From the NCBI GenBank assembly GCA_965261085.1, contig OZ253442.1, positions 2,304,001-2,368,000 on the forward strand: 64,000 nucleotides of DNA, read 5' to 3'. Origin of the DNA: a bacterium. GTDB taxonomy: Bacteria > UBA8248. Positions 26,792 to 35,302 of this stretch are shown piece by piece; position 1 is the stretch's first letter, and each line of letters starts with the position of its first letter. The translations under genes were made by a program, and so were the position numbers. Below the pieces are notes generated by a model. The model was not told the origin of the DNA. It did not search any database and saw nothing but the letters and a program-made list of their open reading frames with translations.

Positions 26792-26998
26792 ATGGAAAAG
26801 GTGGAATTTGCTGTAAGCGGAATGAGCTGTGAGATGTGCCAATCTGCGGTTCACGAGGCGCTCAGCGGAGTGGAAGGCGTGGCCGAGGCCGTGGTTGATT
26901 TGGAAAGAGGCAGGGCGACGGTCGTTTTTGATGCAGGAGCGACGAAAATCGGCGCTTTACATGCCGCTGTTGAAGAGGCCGGTTTTGACACAGAATAA
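26792..26998 (+). CDS. copZ: Copper chaperone (HMA domain)
   Basis: 68 aa with GMSCEMC and C-terminal AVEEAGF, downstream of copA. Confidence 0.9.
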   Translation: MEKVEFAVSGMSCEMCQSAVHEALSGVEGVAEAVVDLERGRATVVFDAGATKIGALHAAVEEAGFDTE

Positions 26999-27107
26999 AA
27001 CACATATTTACAGTAAGTTACGATTTGTATGTAAAGTAGATTCTTGTTGTATTCAGACTCGTTTTTGATCCACGCCATCCAGACGGCCGGTATGAAACTT
27101 CTCAGTT

Positions 27108-27734
27108 CTATCTCGGTTGTCCGTCCTCGAAACTTCTTTCCAGGAGTTCGCCAAGGGTGCACTGCCAAAAACCATTCAAGCGGCCGATGGGGCCTAGTTT
27201 TTTCATGTCGATATATCGGCCCGTCATGACGTCGGGATTGACGTGGAAATAGACGACTTCTCCGATCAGAAGCGGGTGTTTGTTCGGCCCCAACTCGAAC
27301 ACGTTGTGGGTTTTGCACTCGAAGTGAATGGGCGCGTTCTTGATGCGGGGGGCCTTCACCTTCTTCGCGGGAACCGGTTCGAGGCCCGTGGCTTTGAATT
27401 CGTTTTCCTGCGCGGGGATGCCGTTCGCCGTATCCACCATTTGTTCCCAATGGCGATGAGTGACGACGTTGAAGCAGAATTCTCCGGTTTCCTCCGCATT
27501 GATGAGGGTGTGTTTTTTGCTTCCATCGGGATTTCGCGCCACGGTGAGCGATATCATCGGCGGCGCCACGCACACGCAGGTGAAGAAGCTGAAGGGCGCT
27601 ATGTTGTAAATCCCGTCTTTGCTGATGGATGACGCCCAGCCGATGGGGCGGGGGACGATGGAGCCCGTGAGCAGGCGGTACACCTCACGCCTTTCTATCT
27701 CGTTGGGGTCGAATTCCAGGTATTCACTCATCAA
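27108..27734 (-). CDS. Flavin reductase family protein (DIM6/NTAB-like)
   Basis: SIVPRPIGW, NIAPFSFF, KHTLINAEETGEF, APRIKNAPIHFECK. Confidence 0.88.
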   Translation of the reverse strand: MMSEYLEFDPNEIERREVYRLLTGSIVPRPIGWASSISKDGIYNIAPFSFFTCVCVAPPMISLTVARNPDGSKKHTLINAEETGEFCFNVVTHRHWEQMVDTANGIPAQENEFKATGLEPVPAKKVKAPRIKNAPIHFECKTHNVFELGPNKHPLLIGEVVYFHVNPDVMTGRYIDMKKLGPIGRLNGFWQCTLGELLERSFEDGQPR

Positions 27735-27778
27735 GAACCCTCAAAATGGCTGTAAATCCGTAAAAATCATCGTTTCAG

Positions 27779-28546
27779 CTATGACATGTAGCGACCCGCG
27801 TTCACGGCGATGGTCTGGCCCGTGAGATAGGCGGATTCGGGCGCCGCCAGCATGAGCACCCAGCCCACCATGTCCTCCACGTCGGCGATGCGGCCGAGAA
27901 GCGTGCCCTTCCCGATCATCTCGAGCTGCTCTTCGGAGCGCACCGCGATGACGCGCTCGGTCGCCGTCGTACCGGGCGCGATGGCGTTCACGCGCACGTT
28001 GTATTGCCCCAACTCGTAGGCGAGCACGCGGGTTAAGGCATGAACGCCCGCCTTGGCCGCCGCATAGGGCGGGGAGGAGGGCTGGAGCGTGGTGATTCCC
28101 GACATGGAGCCGAGGTTGATCACGCAGCCGCTGTTTTGTTTCTCGAAAACGGGCGTCAGATGTTTCGAGGTCAGGAAAACGCTCTTGAGGTTTCTGTCCA
28201 CTACCGTGTCCCATTCATCTTCCGACGTATCGCCCGTGGATAGCTGCTGGTGGAAACCACCCGCGCAGTTGACGAAAATGTCGATGCTGCCGGCCTCGCT
28301 CACGATGCGTTCTATCATCTGTTTTACGGCCACCGAATCCGTGAGGTCGCAATCGATGAAGGTGGCGTCGCCCCCCTTGTCGCGAATGCCGACCGCCGCC
28401 GCCTCTCCGAGTTCGATGTCGATGTCGATGAGATACGTCTTGGCGCCCGCTTCGGCGAACCTCTCCGCGGATCCCTTGCCGATGCCGCGCGATCCACCCG
28501 TGACGACGGCGACCTGCCCGGAAAAATCAAAGCTCGTCTTGCTCAT
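27779..28546 (-). CDS. Short-chain dehydrogenase/reductase
   Basis: TGGSRGIG, NCAG, YAAAK, VRVNAIAPG. Confidence 0.92.
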   Translation of the reverse strand: MSKTSFDFSGQVAVVTGGSRGIGKGSAERFAEAGAKTYLIDIDIELGEAAAVGIRDKGGDATFIDCDLTDSVAVKQMIERIVSEAGSIDIFVNCAGGFHQQLSTGDTSEDEWDTVVDRNLKSVFLTSKHLTPVFEKQNSGCVINLGSMSGITTLQPSSPPYAAAKAGVHALTRVLAYELGQYNVRVNAIAPGTTATERVIAVRSEEQLEMIGKGTLLGRIADVEDMVGWVLMLAAPESAYLTGQTIAVNAGRYMS

Positions 28547-28576
28547 GAAACGCTCTCCTTAGAGGATGATGAATTT

Positions 28577-29491
28577 TTATGGCCTTAAGAATTTCAGTAC
28601 GCGTTCGTTGAAAACGTCGGGTTGCTCCCATTGGGCCATGTGGCCTGCGTCCGGAATAATATCCAGTTCTGCATGGGGAGCGGCTTTTTGGCAAGCGCTC
28701 CGGCGTTCTTCGGGCGTTGGGTACGCGATGACGTCGGCGTCTCCCCACAATATGAGCAGCGGCATGGAACAAGCCGCAAGCAGGTCGGGCAGGTAGGGTT
28801 CTCGGTTCATGGCGTAGATGTTCATCCGCGAATTCTTGAGGTTCGCCCAGGCTTGTAAGAGATAGGCTTCATCCGCGCACGCCGGATTTTTGAACATCAG
28901 CGCCTTTTGGTTGTGAACGAACACCTCGTGCTTCTCTTTGGGGCTCATCTCTCTGGTGGCGCGGCGCTCATCGCCGAGTTTTACGTCGCCCGTGATACCC
29001 AGTCCCCCGGGACCCAGCAAAACGAGTTTCCTGAACCTGGAGGCGTTTTCCTGGCAATACGTCACGCTCATCGTAGCGCCGAAAGAAAAGGCCACGCACG
29101 CGCATTCCTCTATACCCAGCCCATCGAGCAGCCGCCCTATGCCCTCGGTGACCGAAGCGGCCGTGTGTGGTTTCGGCGGCGCGTAGCTTTCACCGAAGGC
29201 GGGCAGATCGACCGCCAGTGTGCGGTAGTGCGCGGCGAAGAAGGCCTGGTTCTTGAGCCAGTGGTTCGCCGCCCCGAAGCCGCCATGTACGAGGAGGAGG
29301 GGTTCTTTATCGCCAGACCCCGCTTCGGTATAGGCGAGCGGGCCGTCGGGGGTGTGGATTGTTTTAGAAATGAGCCGAGCCAATGAGTACCCTCTGGAGT
29401 GTGACGATTTGGTGGAGGCTACCACTTTTGGCCCGAAGCTGTGTAGCCGGTTCGGGGTTTTCGCGCCGGATTTTGTTTGCGCCGAATCCAT
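28577..29491 (-). CDS. Alpha/beta fold hydrolase
   Basis: LLVHGG, AVDLPAFGES, nucleophile elbow AFSFG, WGDAD, AGHMAQWEQP. The true start is probably further downstream. Confidence 0.85.
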   Translation of the reverse strand: MDSAQTKSGAKTPNRLHSFGPKVVASTKSSHSRGYSLARLISKTIHTPDGPLAYTEAGSGDKEPLLLVHGGFGAANHWLKNQAFFAAHYRTLAVDLPAFGESYAPPKPHTAASVTEGIGRLLDGLGIEECACVAFSFGATMSVTYCQENASRFRKLVLLGPGGLGITGDVKLGDERRATREMSPKEKHEVFVHNQKALMFKNPACADEAYLLQAWANLKNSRMNIYAMNREPYLPDLLAACSMPLLILWGDADVIAYPTPEERRSACQKAAPHAELDIIPDAGHMAQWEQPDVFNERVLKFLRP

Positions 29492-29550
29492 GGTATGGAG
29501 ATTTGATGTTACGCCTTTGATGAGTCGAATTTAAGGGAGAAATTTGAGCG

Positions 29551-30168
29551 ATGCGTGACCCCGGTAAAGCGCCCGCCTGGGTGTATACGGTTCCGGTGGA
29601 GGAGGCGACGGGGATCGTGAAGCAAACCTATGACGCCAATCTCAAGGCGCTTTGCTATATCGCCAACATCTCGCGTCCGTTCGGAAACCGGCCCGAGATC
29701 ATGCGCGCTCACCGCCGGCTTTACATGACCCTGATGCAGACGGAGGAGAATCTCACGAAAGCCGAGCGTGAGTTCATCGCCACGGCGGTATCGAAGGAAA
29801 ACGATTGTTTCTACTGAACGACCAGCCACGGGGAGTTTCTCCGTCTGGCGTTGGGAGATGATGACCGCGCAAGGGCGCTCAAGCGCGACCCGGAGAGCGC
29901 GAACTTAACGAAGCGCGAGCGGGCGATGCTCGAATTCTCCCGAAAACTGACGAACGCACCGGAGGATATGCGAAAGTCCGATGCGCAGAAATTAAAAGAA
30001 GCGGGGCTCGATGATGCCGCCATCGTCGAGTTGGTGTCGGTGACGGCTTATTTTAATTTCATCAATCGCGTGGCGTTGGGCCTGGGTGTTCGTCTGGACG
30101 AGGCGCTCGAGGGAGCGGCGGAAGCTGAGGACCTCATAAAAGAGGAAGCGCGGTTGTCCGGCGAGTAG
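29551..30168 (+). CDS. AhpD/CMD-family peroxidase-related protein, probable selenoprotein (UGA at 29815-29817 read as Sec, 205 aa)
   Basis: The two track ORFs (29551-29817 and 29851-30168) are in the same frame. Read-through gives EFIATAVSKENDC-F-Y-U-TTSH, where U sits at the second Cys of the AhpD CxxC..H motif. The C-terminal half has ELVSVTAYFNFINR. A SECIS-like hairpin follows the UGA. Confidence 0.8.
29817..29852 (+). promoter_or_regulatory. Putative bacterial SECIS element
   Basis: Pairings AACG/CGTT, CCAG/CTGG and ACGGGG/CTCCGT close an apical loop AGTTT, which starts about 17 nt after the UGA and has a G near its 5' side. Confidence 0.6.
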
Positions 30169-30171
30169 AAT

Positions 30172-30333
30172 TTAACGGCTGCCTTTGATGATATCTATGA
30201 GCGTGTCGATGATTCCGTTGTCATAAAGCGTCCATGCCGTAACGACGACGACGAGCACGAGAACGCTCAAGAGTAGATATTCCAGCAAGCCGTGTTTGGC
30301 AGCAGCGGGTTTAGGGGAATTTCTTTTCGCCAT
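30172..30333 (-). CDS. Small single-TM protein (53 aa), Flp-pilin-like
   Basis: Translated by hand: MAKRNSPKPAAAKHGLLEYLLLSVLVLVVVVTAWTLYDNGIIDTLIDIIKGSR*. Basic leader plus GLLEY and a hydrophobic helix. Confidence 0.5.
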   Translation of the reverse strand: MAKRNSPKPAAAKHGLLEYLLLSVLVLVVVVTAWTLYDNGIIDTLIDIIKGSR

Positions 30334-30520
30334 GCGGTGGATTCTCAGGCCATCAGGAAAATGTGGGACGGGCTCTATTGTTGATTATAAACACAATTCC
30401 TCGTCGACGAAACTCGAAGCGGTGACGAGATAAATTTGGATAGACAAGGGTGGGACATCCGTTTATGGTATCCCTATCAGCGGCCGTCTCTTACTTGCAT
30501 CGCGGAGTTTTATATCTCAG

Positions 30521-31096
30521 ATGGATTCTGCAAAATATAATTTCGGTGAAGTCGATAAAATTCGAACAGAAGCGATTGGTGTCGCGGGGAAGAGGATTTT
30601 TCGCATTCTGATTGACTGCCCCTCCAAGGCGGCCGCCACGCTTTGGCTGGAAAAAGAACAGGTCTACGGCCTTTCAATGGCGATGAAAAAGATGGCCGAA
30701 GCAAAAGGGCAAGAAGGACGCTCGGGTGAGGAAGCGGACTTTCCAGACATCGCCGAGGCCGATTCCGCCCCGGTGAGTTCCGGGGGGTCGCTTGAGTTCA
30801 AGGTGAGCCGCTTGGGGCTGGCGTATGGGCCGAGCAAAAGTCGCGTCACGGTCTTTTTCTACGATGAGCGAGACGAGGTCGTCTCCGAGGGTGAATCTTC
30901 AGAAGAAGAATACGAAGAAGAGGCCGTCGGCCCCGCTGCACTACAAGTGAGTCTCGCGAATGCACAGTTGGATGAATTCATCACCCAAAGCCTGGATGAA
31001 TGCTCATCCGGGCGGGGAACGGATGCGCTCTCCCGTCATGCCATGGTGGCCACCGGCAAGGTCGACCCCAATACGAACGGGCATTTTCGTCACTAA
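30521..31096 (+). CDS. DUF3090 family protein
   Basis: AIGVAGKRIF, LWLEKEQV, EFKVSRLGLAY, SSGR and DPNTNGH, matching the family that precedes SCO1664. Confidence 0.75.
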   Translation: MDSAKYNFGEVDKIRTEAIGVAGKRIFRILIDCPSKAAATLWLEKEQVYGLSMAMKKMAEAKGQEGRSGEEADFPDIAEADSAPVSSGGSLEFKVSRLGLAYGPSKSRVTVFFYDERDEVVSEGESSEEEYEEEAVGPAALQVSLANAQLDEFITQSLDECSSGRGTDALSRHAMVATGKVDPNTNGHFRH

Positions 31097-31128
31097 ATCG
31101 CCCATATCTGAATCGACAGGAAAATCTC

Positions 31129-31914
31129 GTGGCCCGGAAATCCTCTCCTCCTAAAGGCCAGGAAACGGTGGATGCGTCCGAATCGCAGGCGTATCGCTTC
31201 GAACCGGCGGAAATCGAAAATCTTCTTCTCACCTCGGAAATTCTGGGCGGCGAGTTGGTGCCGCAAGGCTCGAACTATACGTTCGCCGTGAAGATGGGTG
31301 CCGGGGATTTTCAGTTTTGGGGGATATACAAGCCTGCGACCGGGGAGCGGCCCCTCTGGGATTTTCCTTACGGGACGCTTCATTTCCGGGAGAGATGCTC
31401 TTTTCTGGTGAGCCACCATTTGGGATGGCACCTCGTTCCCCCGACGGTGATTCGCGAAGGCCCGCACGGGGAGGGTTCCATGCAGTTGTGCGTGCCCTAT
31501 GACGGGAAATCGAACTATTTTACGCTCAGGGAGGAGGAGCGTCCGGAATTGGTGCTGCTCGCGGCTTTCGACATCATGGTCAACAACACGGATCGCAAAG
31601 GAGGGCATTGCTTCAAGTCCGAAGACGGCCGCGTCTGGGGAATCGACCATGGCCTCACGTTTCATTCAGAGCCTAAGCTGCGGACCGTCATCTGGGACTA
31701 TGCGGGCGTTTCCCTGCCCGAGGAGCAGGTGAAGGATATCAAGCGCCTCGAAGACAGCTTGCGTGATCGTCATAGCCCTTTGAGGAATGAAATGGACGAG
31801 CTTCTGGAGCCTGAGGAAATGGATATTTTTCTCGAAAGGGTGATTCAGTTCAGGGAAAACCCATGCTTGCCGACTCCGGAGGAGTATAGGCGTATTCACT
31901 GGTCTTTTGAATAA
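31129..31914 (+). CDS. SCO1664 family protein (PI3/4-kinase-like fold)
   Basis: GSNYTF, IYKPATGERPLWDFPYGTL..RE, LVPPTVIREGPHGEGSMQL, FDIMVNNTDRKGGH, GIDHGLTF..EPKLRTVIWD. GTG 31129 chosen because of the AGGA upstream. Confidence 0.9.
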   Translation: MARKSSPPKGQETVDASESQAYRFEPAEIENLLLTSEILGGELVPQGSNYTFAVKMGAGDFQFWGIYKPATGERPLWDFPYGTLHFRERCSFLVSHHLGWHLVPPTVIREGPHGEGSMQLCVPYDGKSNYFTLREEERPELVLLAAFDIMVNNTDRKGGHCFKSEDGRVWGIDHGLTFHSEPKLRTVIWDYAGVSLPEEQVKDIKRLEDSLRDRHSPLRNEMDELLEPEEMDIFLERVIQFRENPCLPTPEEYRRIHWSFE

Positions 31915-31959
31915 TTTTCATAAAATCCGGGAAAATGGTGAAACACTGAGGTGTAGGCC

Positions 31960-33276
31960 ATGAGAGTCAATACGAGCCTGACCTGGAATCGACTGTTGTT
32001 CCTTCCTTTTTGTCTCATCCTCTGTGCAACTCTCGTCGGGTGTCAGGATAGCCCGCGTGTGCGCAGGAAAGCGCCACGCGATGAGATGAACGAAAAGCGC
32101 TGGTTTGTTCACGACAACCCCGCTCATCCCCAATCGCAGGTGTTTCTGAAAGAACTCGATGAGTTCGATTTTCAGCGAGTATCTCGAATACATACGGCCA
32201 AGGCCTATAAGGAGTATCTGGGCTATCACTTTGACGGCAAGTATGTCCGCCGGGCACGCTATTGGTGGGAGCAACTCAAGTATCAGGAAATGCTCGAATC
32301 GCAAGAGCCCGGCGCCCTTGAAGAATTCCTGAAGCGCTTTCCCGAAGGCTGGTTCCAGGAGGTCTCGGGCGTTGACCTTCAAAAAAATGAATATGAAGCC
32401 CTGAGGCGAAAAGACGAGGTCGCCTCCTACAGGACCTTTATTGAAAAATACAAAAAGGCGCGAAGCGAGTGGACCGAAGCGGCGACCCAGCGCCTGGAAA
32501 GGCTCCTGTTCGATGCGGCGCGCGCCTCGGGTGATGTTTTAGAGTTCGAGAGATACGTCTTCGACAACCCCTCAAGCTCGTATCTCACCGAAGCGAAGGA
32601 TGCTTTGCGCGCGGTGAGGTTCGAGGAGGCGATGCGCTCTAAGATGGAAGTGGACTGGAAAGCGTTTATTCGGAGATTCAAAGGCTCGAAAGAGGCCGCT
32701 CTCGTGCAACGGCACATGGAAGAGCAAGCTCTGAAGGGGGCCGAGCGTTCGGGCCGCGTCGCGGCGTTTGAGCAATTTCTCAAGCGCTACCCCCATTCGG
32801 TTCACAAAGAGCGAATTCTTTCCTCTATCGAAAGAATGGCGCAAGAGCGAAATCGCCAGACCCATCGGTGGTTGCGCGTGAAAAACGCCGAAGTCGAGGT
32901 GTTCAGGAAACCCAGATGCAAATCCTGCAAGCCCTACCTGCGCGTCCACGGAACACTGCACAACATGGACCCTGATTTTTCCTTCGATGTGGGACTACGG
33001 GTTGAACTCATCGAAAACGACCGGCGATGCTGCCGCACCAGGCATTGGCTCAAACATCTGAGACCCGGTGAGAAGCGCCCGTTTTCTTTTCCCGTCCGCG
33101 GCAAATCTCCCAAAAGGGGGAGTCCTCCTCCTCGATATGAACTCGAAGTGATATCCGGCTCCGCATATCGCAATCCACAAGCGGAACGAGTCATGGAAAT
33201 TGAAGGTTTGAGTGGAGGCGGCATAGGCCCCCGAAGCGATCGGTTCGCGCCGGTAAGAGTGCCGGACTTACGTTAA
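31960..33276 (+). CDS. Lipoprotein with helical repeats and a C-terminal beta domain
   Basis: Lipobox LVGC, about six ~31-aa repeats of the type A(Y/F)E.FL.RYP.S, and a Cys-containing C-terminal domain. Confidence 0.7.
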   Translation: MRVNTSLTWNRLLFLPFCLILCATLVGCQDSPRVRRKAPRDEMNEKRWFVHDNPAHPQSQVFLKELDEFDFQRVSRIHTAKAYKEYLGYHFDGKYVRRARYWWEQLKYQEMLESQEPGALEEFLKRFPEGWFQEVSGVDLQKNEYEALRRKDEVASYRTFIEKYKKARSEWTEAATQRLERLLFDAARASGDVLEFERYVFDNPSSSYLTEAKDALRAVRFEEAMRSKMEVDWKAFIRRFKGSKEAALVQRHMEEQALKGAERSGRVAAFEQFLKRYPHSVHKERILSSIERMAQERNRQTHRWLRVKNAEVEVFRKPRCKSCKPYLRVHGTLHNMDPDFSFDVGLRVELIENDRRCCRTRHWLKHLRPGEKRPFSFPVRGKSPKRGSPPPRYELEVISGSAYRNPQAERVMEIEGLSGGGIGPRSDRFAPVRVPDLR

Positions 33277-33353
33277 AAATACAATAAATATCAACTATTT
33301 AATTATTGTATATTAAAGTGGAATGGAGGATATTTTCCTCTTTCCTGCGAGCG

Positions 33354-34259
33354 TTATCTCTTCTTTTGCCCGAGTCTGCGCCGATTCACTTTTTTGATGT
33401 GTTTGGAAATGTATTGCACGAGGGCGGGGTTGCCGATGAGGAGGGATTGCCGCCACTTGCGCGCGGCGTCGAGGTCTTTGGGCGTATTCTCCTCGGAGAA
33501 GAATGTGTCCAACTCTCGCCATTGGTTCGTATAGCGCCGCCTGGCGAGCGTCATGCCTCCCGCTTCTTTCACGATGATGGCGCCCGCCGCCACGTCCCAG
33601 ATGCTGGGAACGCCGAAGAGCGTATAGTGCAGGCCCCCGCGCGCCACCAGGGCTTGTTCGTAGCACATGGAGCCGGTGGATCGGACCTCGCCCAGGTTCT
33701 TTTTGAGCGGCCCTGTGGGACGAAATTGCGTCCAGTAGGAGCCGGGCAGCGCGGCGATGCGCTTTCCTGTGGGATTGTCCTCTTGCGCCACTTCGATTTG
33801 GTGCCCGTTGCGGAAGGCTCCGCCCCCCTCAAATGCGCGGTAAATGGTGCCTTTGTCCTCGGGCGTGAAGATGGCGCCCGCAATCGAGCGTCCACGCTTC
33901 AAGACCCCCACGGAGCAGCCCCAGACGTGCAAGCCGTTCAGAAAGTTTTTCGTGCCGTCCAGAGGGTCCAGAACCCACAGATACTCGGGCACCTCGCGCG
34001 CACCCTCTTTTTGGGCCTCTTCTTCGTCTTTGGGTTTCTCCTCACCCAATACGCCATGTGCTGGAAAATTTTCGTTTATCGCTTTCGTGAGAAATTCCTG
34101 GCTCGCGCGGTCGGCTTCGCTCACCGGGTCGGTTTCGGCCTTGTTCTTGTAGTCGACCTCGACCTGCTTGCCGAAAAGCCCCATCAGGATTTCTCCCGCC
34201 TCACGGGCGAATTTGGAAGCCGCCTCGCCCAGGTCCTGGGGGGTAGGGTCACTCATCAC
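33354..34259 (-). CDS. Inositol monophosphatase family protein (SuhB-like)
   Basis: DPVSEAD, LGEE, WVLDPLDGTKNF, RSTGS, WDVAAG. Confidence 0.92.
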   Translation of the reverse strand: MMSDPTPQDLGEAASKFAREAGEILMGLFGKQVEVDYKNKAETDPVSEADRASQEFLTKAINENFPAHGVLGEEKPKDEEEAQKEGAREVPEYLWVLDPLDGTKNFLNGLHVWGCSVGVLKRGRSIAGAIFTPEDKGTIYRAFEGGGAFRNGHQIEVAQEDNPTGKRIAALPGSYWTQFRPTGPLKKNLGEVRSTGSMCYEQALVARGGLHYTLFGVPSIWDVAAGAIIVKEAGGMTLARRRYTNQWRELDTFFSEENTPKDLDAARKWRQSLLIGNPALVQYISKHIKKVNRRRLGQKKR

Positions 34260-35302
34260 TCGCGCTCCAGCGGGGGCAGGTCGAGTCTTTCGGCGATTTC
34301 ATCGAGTTCCGCGAGTCGCTCGGGCGATAGCTCGAAACCATCGCGTCGGCGCTTCGTCTCGTTTTGATACTCGATTTCGCCCGGCATGAAAATCGTCTCG
34401 ACGCCTGCTGCCTTAGGCGTTGCCTTGATGATGGAGATGAAGGTGTTGGCGGCGGTACGAAATTCCGACAAGGGAAGCAACGCCTCGACGTTGATGGCCA
34501 CGAAAACGCTCGTGACGCGGCTTTTGCCGCTGAACTCGTTGATGCCCACGATCTCGTGGCTGTGGCCTCCGCCTGCGAGCGAGCCCAATATGGCGTCGAT
34601 CGCGATGGAAAGGCCACTCCCCTTGTAGCCCGCAATCGGGGAGAGGAGGGAGCTTTCGAGAACTTGATGGGGGTCGGTGGTGGGTTTTCCCTCCTTGTCC
34701 AGCCCCCAGCCCTCGGGAATGAGTTCACCGGCGCGCGCCGCCTCGATGATGTAGCCTCGGGCCACGACGGAGAGCGCCATGTCCAGCACCATGGGCGGGT
34801 CGCTCGGCAGGGCGATGGAGACGGGATTGTTGCCGATTCTGGCTTCCTTTCCTCCCGCCGGGGGCAGGACGCGCAGGGTGTTCGTCGTCACGAGCCCCAC
34901 CATGCCCGCTTCGGCGGCCATGGCCGCGTATGTCGCGGCGGCGCCGAAATGGTTGCTCTCCTTGAGCAGAACAACTCCCACGTTGTGGGTGCGGGCGCGG
35001 GCAATGGCTTCTTCCATCGCGCGCTTGGAGACGACTTGTCCCATGCCGTTGTCGCCGTCGGCGAGCGCCAGGGCGCCTGCGTCCTTGACGACCCGAAAAT
35101 CAGGGGTCGGATTCGCCAGATTGATTTCCAGACGCCTGGCGTAGTGCGGCATGCGGATCACGCCGTGGCTGGTGACGCCGCGCAACTCGGCCATAACGAG
35201 CGTTTCCGCCGTCCATGCGGCGTTCTCGTCGGCCATGCCCAGCTTGGTGAAGACCCGGTTCAAAAAAGAGTGGAGTTTTTCGCCCGTCGTATGTCCGCTC
35301 AT
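34256..35302 (-). CDS. Ldh_2 family (malate/L-lactate/L-sulfolactate-type) oxidoreductase
   Basis: AELRGVTSHG, DGDNGMG, SNHFGAA, GNNPVSIA, LDMA, GYKGSGL, MPGEIE. Confidence 0.92.
   Translation of the reverse strand: MSGHTTGEKLHSFLNRVFTKLGMADENAAWTAETLVMAELRGVTSHGVIRMPHYARRLEINLANPTPDFRVVKDAGALALADGDNGMGQVVSKRAMEEAIARARTHNVGVVLLKESNHFGAAATYAAMAAEAGMVGLVTTNTLRVLPPAGGKEARIGNNPVSIALPSDPPMVLDMALSVVARGYIIEAARAGELIPEGWGLDKEGKPTTDPHQVLESSLLSPIAGYKGSGLSIAIDAILGSLAGGGHSHEIVGINEFSGKSRVTSVFVAINVEALLPLSEFRTAANTFISIIKATPKAAGVETIFMPGEIEYQNETKRRRDGFELSPERLAELDEIAERLDLPPLERE

Noticed and set aside
29851-30168. Separate 105-aa gene, or pseudogene interpretation of the AhpD locus
   Set aside because: The stop is TGA at a conserved Cys position, the frame is preserved, the intervening codons contain the conserved His, and a SECIS-like hairpin follows. 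Read-through is the more parsimonious reading.
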